Below, piece after piece: positions 1-11,263 of a DNA stretch of 64,000 nucleotides. The position numbers and the translations under genes were made by a program. This stretch comes from Mobula birostris (Eukaryota), in NCBI RefSeq assembly GCF_030028105.1, contig NC_092370.1, positions 232,854,005 through 232,918,004 of the forward strand. Reading direction: 5' to 3'. The notes beneath the pieces were generated by a model. It saw only the letters and a list, made by a program, of their open reading frames with translations, searched no databases and was not told the origin of the DNA. Position 1 is the stretch's first letter. Each line of letters begins with the position of its first letter.

Positions 1-479
1 ATCCTCATCTGACCACTCCGCTACTTCTGACATACAATGAGGACAAAACAAAACCAAGAAACTCATCATCTGTTGCTCACACATCATTTGTCACACAGCA
101 CTAATAGCATGATTCTGCCATTTAGATTCATTTTATGACTTCCATGGAACTAACCACAGAAGCAAAGTACGATGCACTATGTGACTATTTAGCATTGCAC
201 TGGGAATGAATTTCTAGTCAAAAGTACTTCTGAAATTTGGAATGACAGTATTTGTAAAGTGACCACGAAACTACTAGGTTGTAAAGTTTCCATCTGTTGC
301 ACTAATATCCTTTAGAATAGGAAATCAGCCTTCCTTCCCCACTGGCCTAAATCGTTGGCTCTAAAACTCCTCTCACAGCCATCAGGTCACACAATTCAAA
401 CAGCAGTTAGCAACACCCACTTCCTTACATTGAATAACTAAAACGATGGAAAGCTCGAAGTGCTGGAGGTCCAATGATG

Positions 480-785
480 CTTAGGAGGCTTGATATGTCA
501 CCAAAGACTAACAAATTTATACAGGTGCATTGTGGAGAGCATTCTAACTGGTTGCTTCATCATCTGGCATGGAGGGGCCACTGCCCAGGGTCAGAAAAAC
601 CTGGACAGGTTTGCAAACTCAGCCAACTCCATCATGGGCAATAGCCTCTCCAGCACCGAGGACATCTTCAAAGGGCAAGGCTTCAAAAAGGTGCCTTCCA
701 TCATTAACGACCCCAATCAACTAGAACATGCTCTCTTCTTATTTCTGTCAGGGAGGAGGTACAGGACCCTGAAGACACACACAAT
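480..785 (+). mobile_element. Rex1/Babar 3' fragment
   Basis: YRCIVESILTGCFIIWHG ... SGRRYRTLKT. Confidence 0.7.
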
Positions 786-1037
786 GTTTTTCCCTCCGGT
801 AAGCTGGCGGTGCAGTCAATTGCTGCGGCTTCTACAGGGTCAACAAAAGGTGTTACTGTCATATTTAAACATAATTCGAATGATCACAAGTTCCTGCTGA
901 ATATTAAAAACTAAAAGGACTACAAGTCTACCCTATCAATGCGTTGCTCACTGGTAGGGAAAATGAAGGAGTTTTGCAACGTGCTGATGTCTGAGTCCAA
1001 AGAGGCATACGTTGTAATAGCAAATAATTGTCTTTGT

Positions 1038-1330
1038 CATAGAAACATAGAAAACCTACAGCACAATACAGACCCTTCGGCCCACAAAGCTGTGCCGAAC
1101 ATGTCCTTACCTTAGAACTACCTGGGGTTACCCATAGCCCTCTATTTCTCTAAGCTCCATGAAGCCATCCAGGAGTCTCTTAAAAGACCCTATCGTATCC
1201 GCCTCCACAACCACTGCCGGCAGCCCATTCCACGCACTCACCACTCTCTGTGTAAAAAAACCTAACCCTGACGTCTCCTCTGTACCTTCTTCCAAGCACC
1301 TTAAAACTATGCCCTCTCACACTAGCCATA
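1038..1330 (-). mobile_element. CR1 3' end fragment (same family as 15658-17820)
   Basis: Near-identical to 15658-15940. Confidence 0.85.
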
Positions 1331-4300
1331 GGTCGTTTTTCTTGTGATCGCAAGAACCTTTTGGACATTATTAACGTGGTATGCCTCAAGTTCGATTGTC
1401 AGAGAGCAAGGGCAGATGCGAGAGAGCGGCACGGCCTCGGTCAAAGCGAGGACTAAGCATCAAGTCATTGTGTCGCCTGTTTACAGCCGCCAGGAGATGT
1501 TGGATTTGGTGAACTCCACCGGAGGTGGTGTGGCATGACGTCTGGGCTGGAATTGGTGCTGCACTCCCCCCAAACAAGTGTTGCTTTTTACTGCTGCCGT
1601 AAAGTTAACAAATTTCACAATGTTTGCTGGTGATATTAAACCTGATTCTGATTCTAATCCTTTGCCCCCTTATTGCCTAAAATAAGGTTTCTGCTAGTTG
1701 CTCTGAGAGCTGTTCTGTCACCAGACTTGAAGGGTTTTAGTAAGGAGTGCACATCAGTGTTCAGCCAGGACTTCTGGTTAGGCTGTGAGATGACCGCCCT
1801 TGAGGGTACCAATGGCATCTATACACTTGCTGCACTCTCCCCAAACAAGATTTTGCTCAAGCAGTATTGTGGTTGTGGTTGACTTCAGATTCAGCAGCAT
1901 TCAGCTTGACTTGGCCTTAAGCCGCAGTATCGCCTGTTTACAGCTGCCGGAAGAGAGGCGTCGAAGCCTGCACTCCACCGGGGGGGGGGGGGGGTAAGGA
2001 GGGGGAGCATGGTGCAGCATCCATACTGGAGTTGGTGCTGCCCTCTCCCACACACCAGTGTTCGCTTGGCAGAAGACAAGATCTGTCGTGGTCATCTACA
2101 GACTTCTGCAATGTTGGATGGCTTGAGCTTGGACTCTTTAATTGAGTGGCTGTATATGTGCTATGTGTGCTTTGTGCTGTGTGTGACTGTTGGTACTGTG
2201 TTTTGTACCTTGACCCTGGAGTAACACTGTCTCATTTGGTTGCACCATGAGTATTCACGTATGGTTGAATGACAATTAAACTTGAATTGAATTGAATTTA
2301 GGGCAACACACACAAAATGGTGGAGGAACTCAGCAGGTCAGGCAGCATCGATGGAAATGAATAAACAGTCGACATTTCAGGTTGAGACCCTTCATCGGAA
2401 TGCAAAGAAAGGGGTACGATGCCAGAATAAGGTGGTGGGGAAAGGGAAGGAGTTTCTTAATTCATTCCCCTCCCTCGCCCACCTGGCTTCACCTATCACC
2501 TTCTAGTTTGTTCTCCATAGCTACGTCCATGTTAACACAAACAGACACAGAACGTAAACAGCCATCCCACACCCTCACCTTGGCCTCTCTGACCATATTT
2601 CCATAATGTTAACCCAGAATTCCAACCACTGCTGGAACGAGAGAAGTCAGTCAAGAGGACCATCACTGTAAGGCCTAATGAGGCGATCCCTATGCTTCAG
2701 GACCGTTTTGAACAGACTAACTGGCGTCGTGGAACATGTAGAGCAGGACAAGACACAGAAGCTGTCCTGGTCATCCACTGCGCCTAGTCCCATCTCTAGC
2801 CATCTCGACTCTGTCTTGCCACTGGATCCAGATGGGAATTGGGAAGAGAGAGTGAGGCTGACGCTGCGCAACTCTCCTTCACTTAAATCCAAATCACGCG
2901 CTAGTCTCAACACCATCATAATGGTGTCGAGGTCCTCATTGACGTCGACAACGGACAAACACCTTGACTATAAAGGTAATCTACTTACTCACATAATACT
3001 AGGGGTGCAGGGGAAAACAGAAGTACCAGGAGCAGGAGTACACATGCTCTAACATACATTGAGATGATGGCTGTTAGATTATTGAGTAGAATTGTTATTT
3101 TTCTTGTAGCTTAACTTCTCTATGCGTGCTTGTATTATTATGTACAGTAGATTCTGGTTAATCGGGGCAGCCACTTATTTAGGACAACCTTTAAAGAACA
3201 AAAACTAATTCAGAAAATAGCAGGCTTCCTTTTATTTATTTGGGACACTGTGCCGCTTAATTGGGAAAGGAGATTGTTGGCTGATTTATTTTCCCTCTCA
3301 TCACTATTCCTCTGCCTTCTTCCCATAACCTTTGACACCCTTATTAATTAGAACCTATCAACACTGCTGTAAATATAGCCAATGACTTGGCGTCCACAAC
3401 CATCAGTGGCAATGAATTCTACAGATTTACCATCCTTTGCAATGGGAATGTTCAGGGAATAAAATGGGACATGTTTGGCTTATTGTAAGAATGGTCAGCA
3501 CAGATTCAATGGGCAGAAGTAACTGCCTCTCTCTGTGGCTTTGAGACTAGATCCTTGTGTCTGCCCGTAAGAATGGAGAGAACTACAATTTTACACTAGT
3601 TTTCATCAGTGCGAACATAGTCAGAATAGTCTGGTGACTCTTTGGGAAAAATTGTGTACTTAACTAATACAGTGCTCTGCAAAAGTCTTAAGCACATAGA
3701 TATAGTTGGGCTGCCGAAGAACTTTCCACGGTACCGTAGTCATTTTATGTATTGCACTGTACTGCTGCAAAACAAAAACTAATTACATGTGTGAGTGATG
3801 ATAGACCTGATTCTGATATGGGTCTCTATTGCGGACAGAAATTGGGAAGGAGGCAGGGAGAGGGGAATCATGGTTGGGAAAAGGGCAAGGGAGCGGGAAG
3901 CACCAAAGAGACGTTCTGTAATGATCAATAAGCCAGTTGTTTGGAATCAAATGACCTTGCCTGGTATCTCAGGGCTTGGTGTGTCTGCACCCCCAGCACT
4001 CCTTCTCTGCCACCTGTCCCATATCCCTCCCGCAGTGCTCCATCCTCACCATTTCCAAGATCCTCTGTGCTTAAGACTTTTGCACAGTACCATAGTTATA
4101 TCTCATTTAACACAGAGAAGTCTACAGATCTTAAATTGTAATCCTACGTTTCAATATCCAACAATGTCAAATCATTCTGTTGATTAGGTTGCACCTGAAT
4201 AATCCCTTCAGCCTATTATACTCTTCGGAGGGATTAACATATGTACTCGCAATGCCCTTTGTAACACTTATCTCTCCAAACCACACAGTTGACATGCCAT

Positions 4301-5985
4301 TAAGCCATACACACAAACTAATCTAAGATCTACTTTATTTCATTTGCCTATTCATTCCACCCACAGTAACGTTGCTGTACATTTATACACACCAAGGGCT
4401 TCAACTTTCCAATTTGCCATACAAATATGGTTGACTCTAAACAGTCTCATTTCAGAGTGGGATTTGAACACAAAATGTCAGCATTGCCAGTAACATCTAC
4501 AACTACACAAAGCAACAATGCTGCTATGGAGCAAGTATGATCAAGATCAAGTTGTTAAGTTGAAGGACAACTTCAACATAACATCCCAACTCCTGATTCA
4601 TGAAAGCCAATATGCCCGTAGCCCTCTTTAAAGCCCTTTCTATTTGTGATGCCACTTTCAAGGAGGTCATGGGGTATATTTAAAGCAGAGGTTCATAGAT
4701 TCTCGATTAGTAAGGGCTCAAAAGGTTATTGGGAAAGGCAAGAGAATGGGGTTGAGAAGGATAATTAAATCTGCTTAGAAAGAAGGGCAGAGCCAACTTG
4801 ATGGGCCCAATTGGCCAAATTCTGCTCCTATGACCTTATATACAAGTTATTGATCCAAGCAGCTTCATCTGTGGACAATAAGCAACATGCAGAGAAATGA
4901 GAGGTGTTGCACTTTGGGAGGACAAACAAGGGTAGTGAACAGTCGAGCACTGAAGAGTGCGGTAGAACAAAGAGATCTGGGGATACGGATTCATAATTCC
5001 TTCAAAATGGCATAATGGGTAGATAGGGCCATAACAAGAGCTTTTAGCACATTGGTCTTCAATGTGTAATGGCCTGGGTTAAATCAGGCCCAAAAGAACC
5101 AAAACCAATCTGAGAGGTGGTAATAACCATACAAGCACAACAAAGTAACTTAAGTCTAATTTATTACCATAAAATAAAAAGCACAAATCATCCACACAAT
5201 ATAATACATAGTAAGTTACTAAGATTCCACAAAGTTTTCAAGGCACACTATTTGTAGTCTCCACTTGATTGTTGCTGTCATTGGGGGACTTGATTATCAC
5301 TGTTGTTGGGGAAACTCCGAATTCCAACTCATAAAATCACCCCAAGACCGTCCTAGGCACTAATCATAATCTCTCAGTCCAGGTGAAGTCCCAAGCATAG
5401 AGACACATAAGGTGACAGACAAACTCTTTGATTTTTTTCTCTCATCCCACCATCTCAGCATGGTTTCTTTAGGAGTTCCACAAGCAATGAGAGACACACA
5501 GAGACAGATAAACTTGTTGGTCTTTTGTTCTCATGCCACTGGTGCCTGAGGCCAAGGAAGACTCCAGCCTCAATCAGCAAACATCTAACAAACCTACAGT
5601 GTTTAACTTGTACAGATACCTTGACACCTTTACATGCCGCGAGCTCACAAAGAGTTAATGTATCATTTGGAGCTGTTCAGACTTTCATCCAATATTTTAC
5701 AAAATTTAGTACACCTTCATAAATCAGAGTACAGGAGTTGGGATCCAGAAGAAAAATGCTGACTTACAAGTTCCAAGGAAGAGTTTACAAGTTTTAATAA
5801 GAAATTGTTTTTTTTTTAGCTATATAATGATTTCAGTTAAAGATACAAGAGCAGGTTCCGGTGACATCATCGTTCAGAATGGCAGTTTAAATCAACACCT
5901 CCTCCAGAAAAAAGCATATTTTGCCCCATTAATCCATCAAATACAAGATCTTTCGAAAATATCTGAATTGATAAGGGGGGCAAGA

Positions 5986-6991
5986 ATGGGGAAAAAGAAT
6001 GGAGATAAAAAAAAAGCATCACTGCAGAGCCTAGGGAAGAGAGAGGTGCAGTGCGTGGCTCTCCTACACGTGCGCGTGGTGGCGAGGTTGACGCGGGGCC
6101 TCATGCAGGCAAAGCGGCAAATATGATAAAGATTCTAGGAGAGATAAGGGAAGTCCAAAAAGATATAAAGCAACAACTCAATGATATAAAGTCAGAGCTA
6201 GCCAACGTCAATCAGAAAATAGTGGTGGCAGAGACTCGAATTGAGAAGGTGGAAGATCGCTGGCAAAACGTGGAACAGATACTAAGTAAGACGATAAAAA
6301 TATTAAATCAACAGGAAAGTAAATTGCTTGACCAGGAGGGCAGATCGCGGCGGAAAAATATCAGGATTTATAATGTTCCCGAAGGAGCAGAGGGATTGCT
6401 GATGATGGACCTTGTAGACAAGCTGCTGCAGGAAGCGCTGGAGATTGAAATTGAAAGGGCACATCGTTCGCTCAATCAGCGGCCTCTCAGAGACAGACAA
6501 AGTAAACCGCGCTCAATAGTACTTAAATTCCTTCAAGAGCAAGGCGGAGATTCTATGAAGGGCCTGGGGTACGAAGAGGGTTTTTTGGAACGGGAAGTTA
6601 ATATACTTCGATCATGATTTACCCCCTGGCAGTCCTACAGAAGCGGAAGGAATATTCTGAAGCGAAACGAATATTAAAGCAAGAAAAGATTAAATTCCAA
6701 ACCCTGTACCCTGCTAAACTGAGGGTATTTTACCAAGAAGAGATACGACTATACCAGACGGTAGAAGAGGCAACTACAGACATGAACAACAGAGGACTGT
6801 CCATTAGTGTGGTCAAACCAAGGGAAAGTCTGGCTGAGCAGTTGTCCCGAACTGCTTGGGAAATAGTAAGAGAACCTAGAAAGCAGGGGATGGGAGCAGG
6901 ACGAGAGAAGCATATTAGGAAGAGACTGTCAGTTCTCCGAGGGCAGCCTTCACCTCCTCCAGAAGAGCCATTGAGTTTGGAGAACTTTTAA
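5986..6991 (+). pseudogene. L1 ORF1 (coiled coil-RRM-CTD), frameshifted
   Basis: ORF pieces 6051-6617 and 6614-6991 carry L1 ORF1 motifs; start position is approximate. Confidence 0.85.
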
Positions 6992-9326
6992 AGTGCTGAT
7001 AAACTAAATGGAAGCAAAAAATAGACGTTGATATACCCATCTCGAGAAATACGTGCGATAATGTGGATTATATATTACTCAATTTTTTAAAAATTCATTT
7101 ACTCATTCCTTTTTCCCCACCTAAATGAGAATATATACATGGGAGGAATACACAGGGAAATCATTTCTGTGTAATGGACATAGTTTTTTTACTTACTTTT
7201 ATAGGTACTGCAACAGGGGCCCTCAACCCACAGGTAGGAGCAGCTATCCCCCACGGCTAGACTTTTCTTCTAGCCCAACCCAGGGTCAACTAGAGACCCC
7301 AGCCTCAGAATCATATCTTCGTTACCTTTTTTTTATTATTCGCGTTTCCTGGCTCTTATTTGTTCAGGGAGTAGATCGATTATTCTGCAAGTTTCAATGA
7401 TATCCTAACAGATAAATACACATGGCTAAGGACAAAGTAAAATTCATTTCTTTTAATGTCAATGGGCTGTTGAATCCAGTCAAGCGCAGTAAAATTCTAT
7501 CAAAAATGAAAGAAGAACAAGCCCATGTAATATATTTACAGGAAACTCACTTAAGCGATAATGAGCATGGAAAATTAAAGAGAACGGGCTTCACTAATTT
7601 GTTTTTCTCCTCATATAAATCAGGACATAGAAGAGGAGTTGCTATTCTCATCTCAAGTAAGCTAAATTTTGAAAAAGTATTTGAAATGGGAGATAGGGAG
7701 GGCAGATATATCCTGGTAAGGGGGAATATAGATGGAATTCCAGTTACTTTATTGAATATACACGCAACCCCAGGAAGTGATATTAGTTTCTTCCAGAAAA
7801 TTACTAATATTATGGTAACGGAAACAGAAGGTCTCTTGATATGTGGGGGAGACTTAAGTTTACAATTACAACCAAAGTTAGACTGTTCCAATAGAGAAAC
7901 TTATGAAACAAAGTCCTTACATGAGAAAGTTAACACTCTTTTTGAGGATGTTGGTCTAATTGGTATATGGAGGGACCCTTTCCCCGACAGAAGGGATTAC
8001 ACTCATTATTCTGCCCCCCATTCTGTATATACAAGAATAGACTATTTCATAACATTCGGAAAAGATAGAGACAAAATAATCACCTGTGGAATTGGGACAA
8101 TAGACATAAGTGACCATGAACCTATATATTTATCTGTTGATTTTGACCTACAACCAAAGAATACTATTTGGAAACTAAATTCAAGTCTACTCAATGATCC
8201 TTATTTTAAGGAACAAATTAAAAAAGAAATTGGTCTTTACTTAGAATTCAATGATAATGGAGAGGTTTCACCTCCCATTCTATGGGATACTCTGAAGGCT
8301 GTCTTAAGAGGGAAAATTATAGCGATGTCTTCATATAAGAAAAAAATAAGGAATAGATAATTAGAGGAATTACAAAATTTGCTGAAGGAACTAGAAAAAA
8401 AAACACATATTGAGTTTGGCACAGAATACACTAGAGGAAATTAAAAAAATAGGAATGAAATTAATAGTTTGGCTATACAAGAAATTAGAAAAAATTTAAT
8501 GTTTCTGAAACAGAGACACTATGAAAGTGGATCTAAATCTATGAAAATACTGGCGTGGAAACTGAAAAAAAAAATAGCAGAAAATACAATTCATAGAATA
8601 AGGGATCCAAGAACAAAAGTGATTAAAAAAAAAGATAAGCTAAGTGAAATTCAAGAAGCTTTTGAAATGTTTTACAAAACTCTATATTCAAAAGTTCCAG
8701 GGGGAAGCATGACCCAAATTGACACCTTGCTGAATTCTTCAGAGTTACCCATTTTAAGCAAAGAGCAAAATAGGACGATGACTGCTGACATAACTGAAGT
8801 TGAACTAAAAACTGCATTTAGAAGGCATAAAATTAAGCAAGTCACCAGGATCAGATAGATATACGGCAGAGTGGTATAAAGAGTACAGAAGTGAGTTAAT
8901 TCCTATTTTACTCCCCACACTGAACTGGACCAGAAGAAAGGCACAAATGCTACCCAGCTGGAAGGAGGCGATAATCTCAGCCATACTGAAAAAAGGCTAG
9001 GATAAAATAAAATGTGGGTCATTTAGACCAATATCTGTCCTTAATGTCGATTATAGAATATTTACCTCCATCATGGCCAAACGATTAGAAGAGTTTCTAC
9101 CCACACTGATACATAATGATCAGACAGGTTTTATACAACAACGCCAAACACAAGACGATATACAAAGGACACTTCACATTATGGATCATATTAAAAAAAA
9201 GTGAAATTGAAGCAATAGTGATAAGCGTGGACATGAGGAAATCTGCAGATGCTGGAAATTCAAGCAACACACATAAAAGTTGCTGGTGAACGCAGCAGGC
9301 CAGGCAGCATCTCTAGAAAGAGATAC

Positions 9327-9362
9327 ATTCGACATTTCGGGCCAAGACCCTTCATCAGGACT
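9327..9362 (-). ncRNA. Minimal hammerhead motif (inverted pLTR copy)
   Basis: AGUC CUGAUGA A GGGU CUUG GCCC GAAA UG UC GAAU; core intact, one stem I mismatch. Confidence 0.6.
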
Positions 9363-11227
9363 AACTGAAAGAAGAGCTAGTAAGAGATTTGAAAGTGGGA
9401 GGGGGAGGGGGAAGATTCTAAATGATAGGAGAAGGCAGCAGGGGGACGGATGGAGCCAAGAGCTGGACAGTTGATTGGCAAAAGGGATATGCGACGATCA
9501 AGGGACAGGAGGCCAAGGGAGAAAGAAAAGGGGGAGGGGGGGAAACCCAGAGGATGGGCAAGGGGTATAGTGAGATGGACAGAGGGAGAAAAAGGAGAGA
9601 GAGAAAAAGAATGTGTGTATATAAATAAATAATGGATGCGGTACGAGGAGGAGGTGGGGCATCAGTTCCCCTCTACCACCACTCTGCTCTGTCTAGCGGA
9701 ATTAGTCCTTACTCTTAATAATTTCTCCTTTGGCTCCTCCCACTTCCTCCAAACTAAAGGTGTAGCTATGGGCACCCGTATGGGTCCTAGCTATGCCTGC
9801 CCTTTTGTTGGCTTTGTGGAACAATCTATGTTCCAAACCTATTCTGGTATCTGTACCCCACTTTTCCTTCGCAACATGGATGACTGCATTGGCGCTGCTT
9901 CCTGCACGCATGCACAACTCGTTGACGTCATTAACTTTGCCTCCACCCTGCCCTCAAGTTTACCTGGTCCATTTCAGACACCTCTCTCCCCTTTTTAGAT
10001 CTTTCTGTCTCTATCTCTGGAGACAGCTTATCTACTGATGTCTACTATAAGCCTACGGACTCTCACAGCTATCTGGACTATTCCTCTTCTTACCCTATCT
10101 CTTGCAAAAATGCCATCCCCTTCTCGCAATTCCTCCGTCTCCGCCGCATCTGCTCTCAGGATGAGGCTTTTCATTCCAGGACAAGGGAGATGTCCTCCTT
10201 TTTTAAAGAAAGGGGCTTCCCTTCCTCCACCATCAACTCTGCTCTCAAACGCATCTCCCCCATTTCACGCACACCTGCTCTCACTCCATCCTCCCGCCAC
10301 CCCACTAGGAATAGCTCCCCTTGTCCTCACCTATCACCCCACCTGCCTTCGGGTGCAACATATAATTCTCCGTAACTTCCGCCACCTCCAACGGGATCCC
10401 ACCACTAGGCACATCTTTCCCTCCCTCCCCCCGCTTTCCGCAGGGATCGCACCCTACGTGACTCCCTTGTCCCTTTGTCCCCCCCATCCCTCCCCACCGA
10501 TCTCCCTCCTGGCACTTATCCTTGTAAGAGGAACAAGTGCTACACATGCCCTTACACTTCCTCCCTTACCACCACTCAGGGCTCCAGACAGTCCTTCCAG
10601 GTGAGGCGACACTTCACCTGTGAGTCGGCTGGGGTGATATACTGCATCCGGTGCTCCCGATGTGGCCTTCCATACATTGGCGAGACCCCACGCAGACTGG
10701 GAGATCGTTGCGCTGAACACCTACGCTCTGTCCGCCAGAGAAAGCAGGATCTCCCAGTGGCCACACATTTTAATTCCACATTCCATTCCAATTCTGATAT
10801 GTCTATCCACAGCCTCCTCTACTGTAAAGATGAAGTCACACTCAGGTTGGAGGAACAACACCTTATATTCCGTCTGGGTAGCCTCCAACCTGATGGCATG
10901 AACATTGATCTCTCAAACTTCCACTAATGCCCCACCTCCCCCTCGTACCCCATCCATTATTTATTTATATACACACATTCTTTTACTCTCTCTCCTATTT
11001 CTCCCTCTGTCCTCCTCACTATACCCCTTGCCCATCCTCTGGGCTTTTCCCCCCCTCGCCCTTTTCTTTCTCCCTAGGCCTTCTGTCCCATGATCCTCTC
11101 ATATCCCTTTTGCCAATCACCTGTCCAGCTCTTGGCTCCATCCCTCCCCCTCCTGTCTTCTCCTATCATTTCGGATCTCCCCCTCCCCCTCCCACTTTCA
11201 AATCTCTTACTAGCTCTTCTTTCAGTT

Positions 11228-11263
11228 AGTCCTGACGAAGGGTCCCGGCCCAAAACGTCGACT
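11228..11263 (+). ncRNA. Hammerhead motif, probably inactivated (GAAA changed to AAAA)
   Basis: AGTCCTGACGAAGGGTCCCGGCCCAAAACGTCGACT. Confidence 0.55.

Noticed and set aside
9280-9474. Repeated MLVNAAGQAASL... ORFs (also 11074, 52950, 56740) suggesting a peptide family
   Set aside because: These are antisense translations of the Penelope pseudo-LTR.
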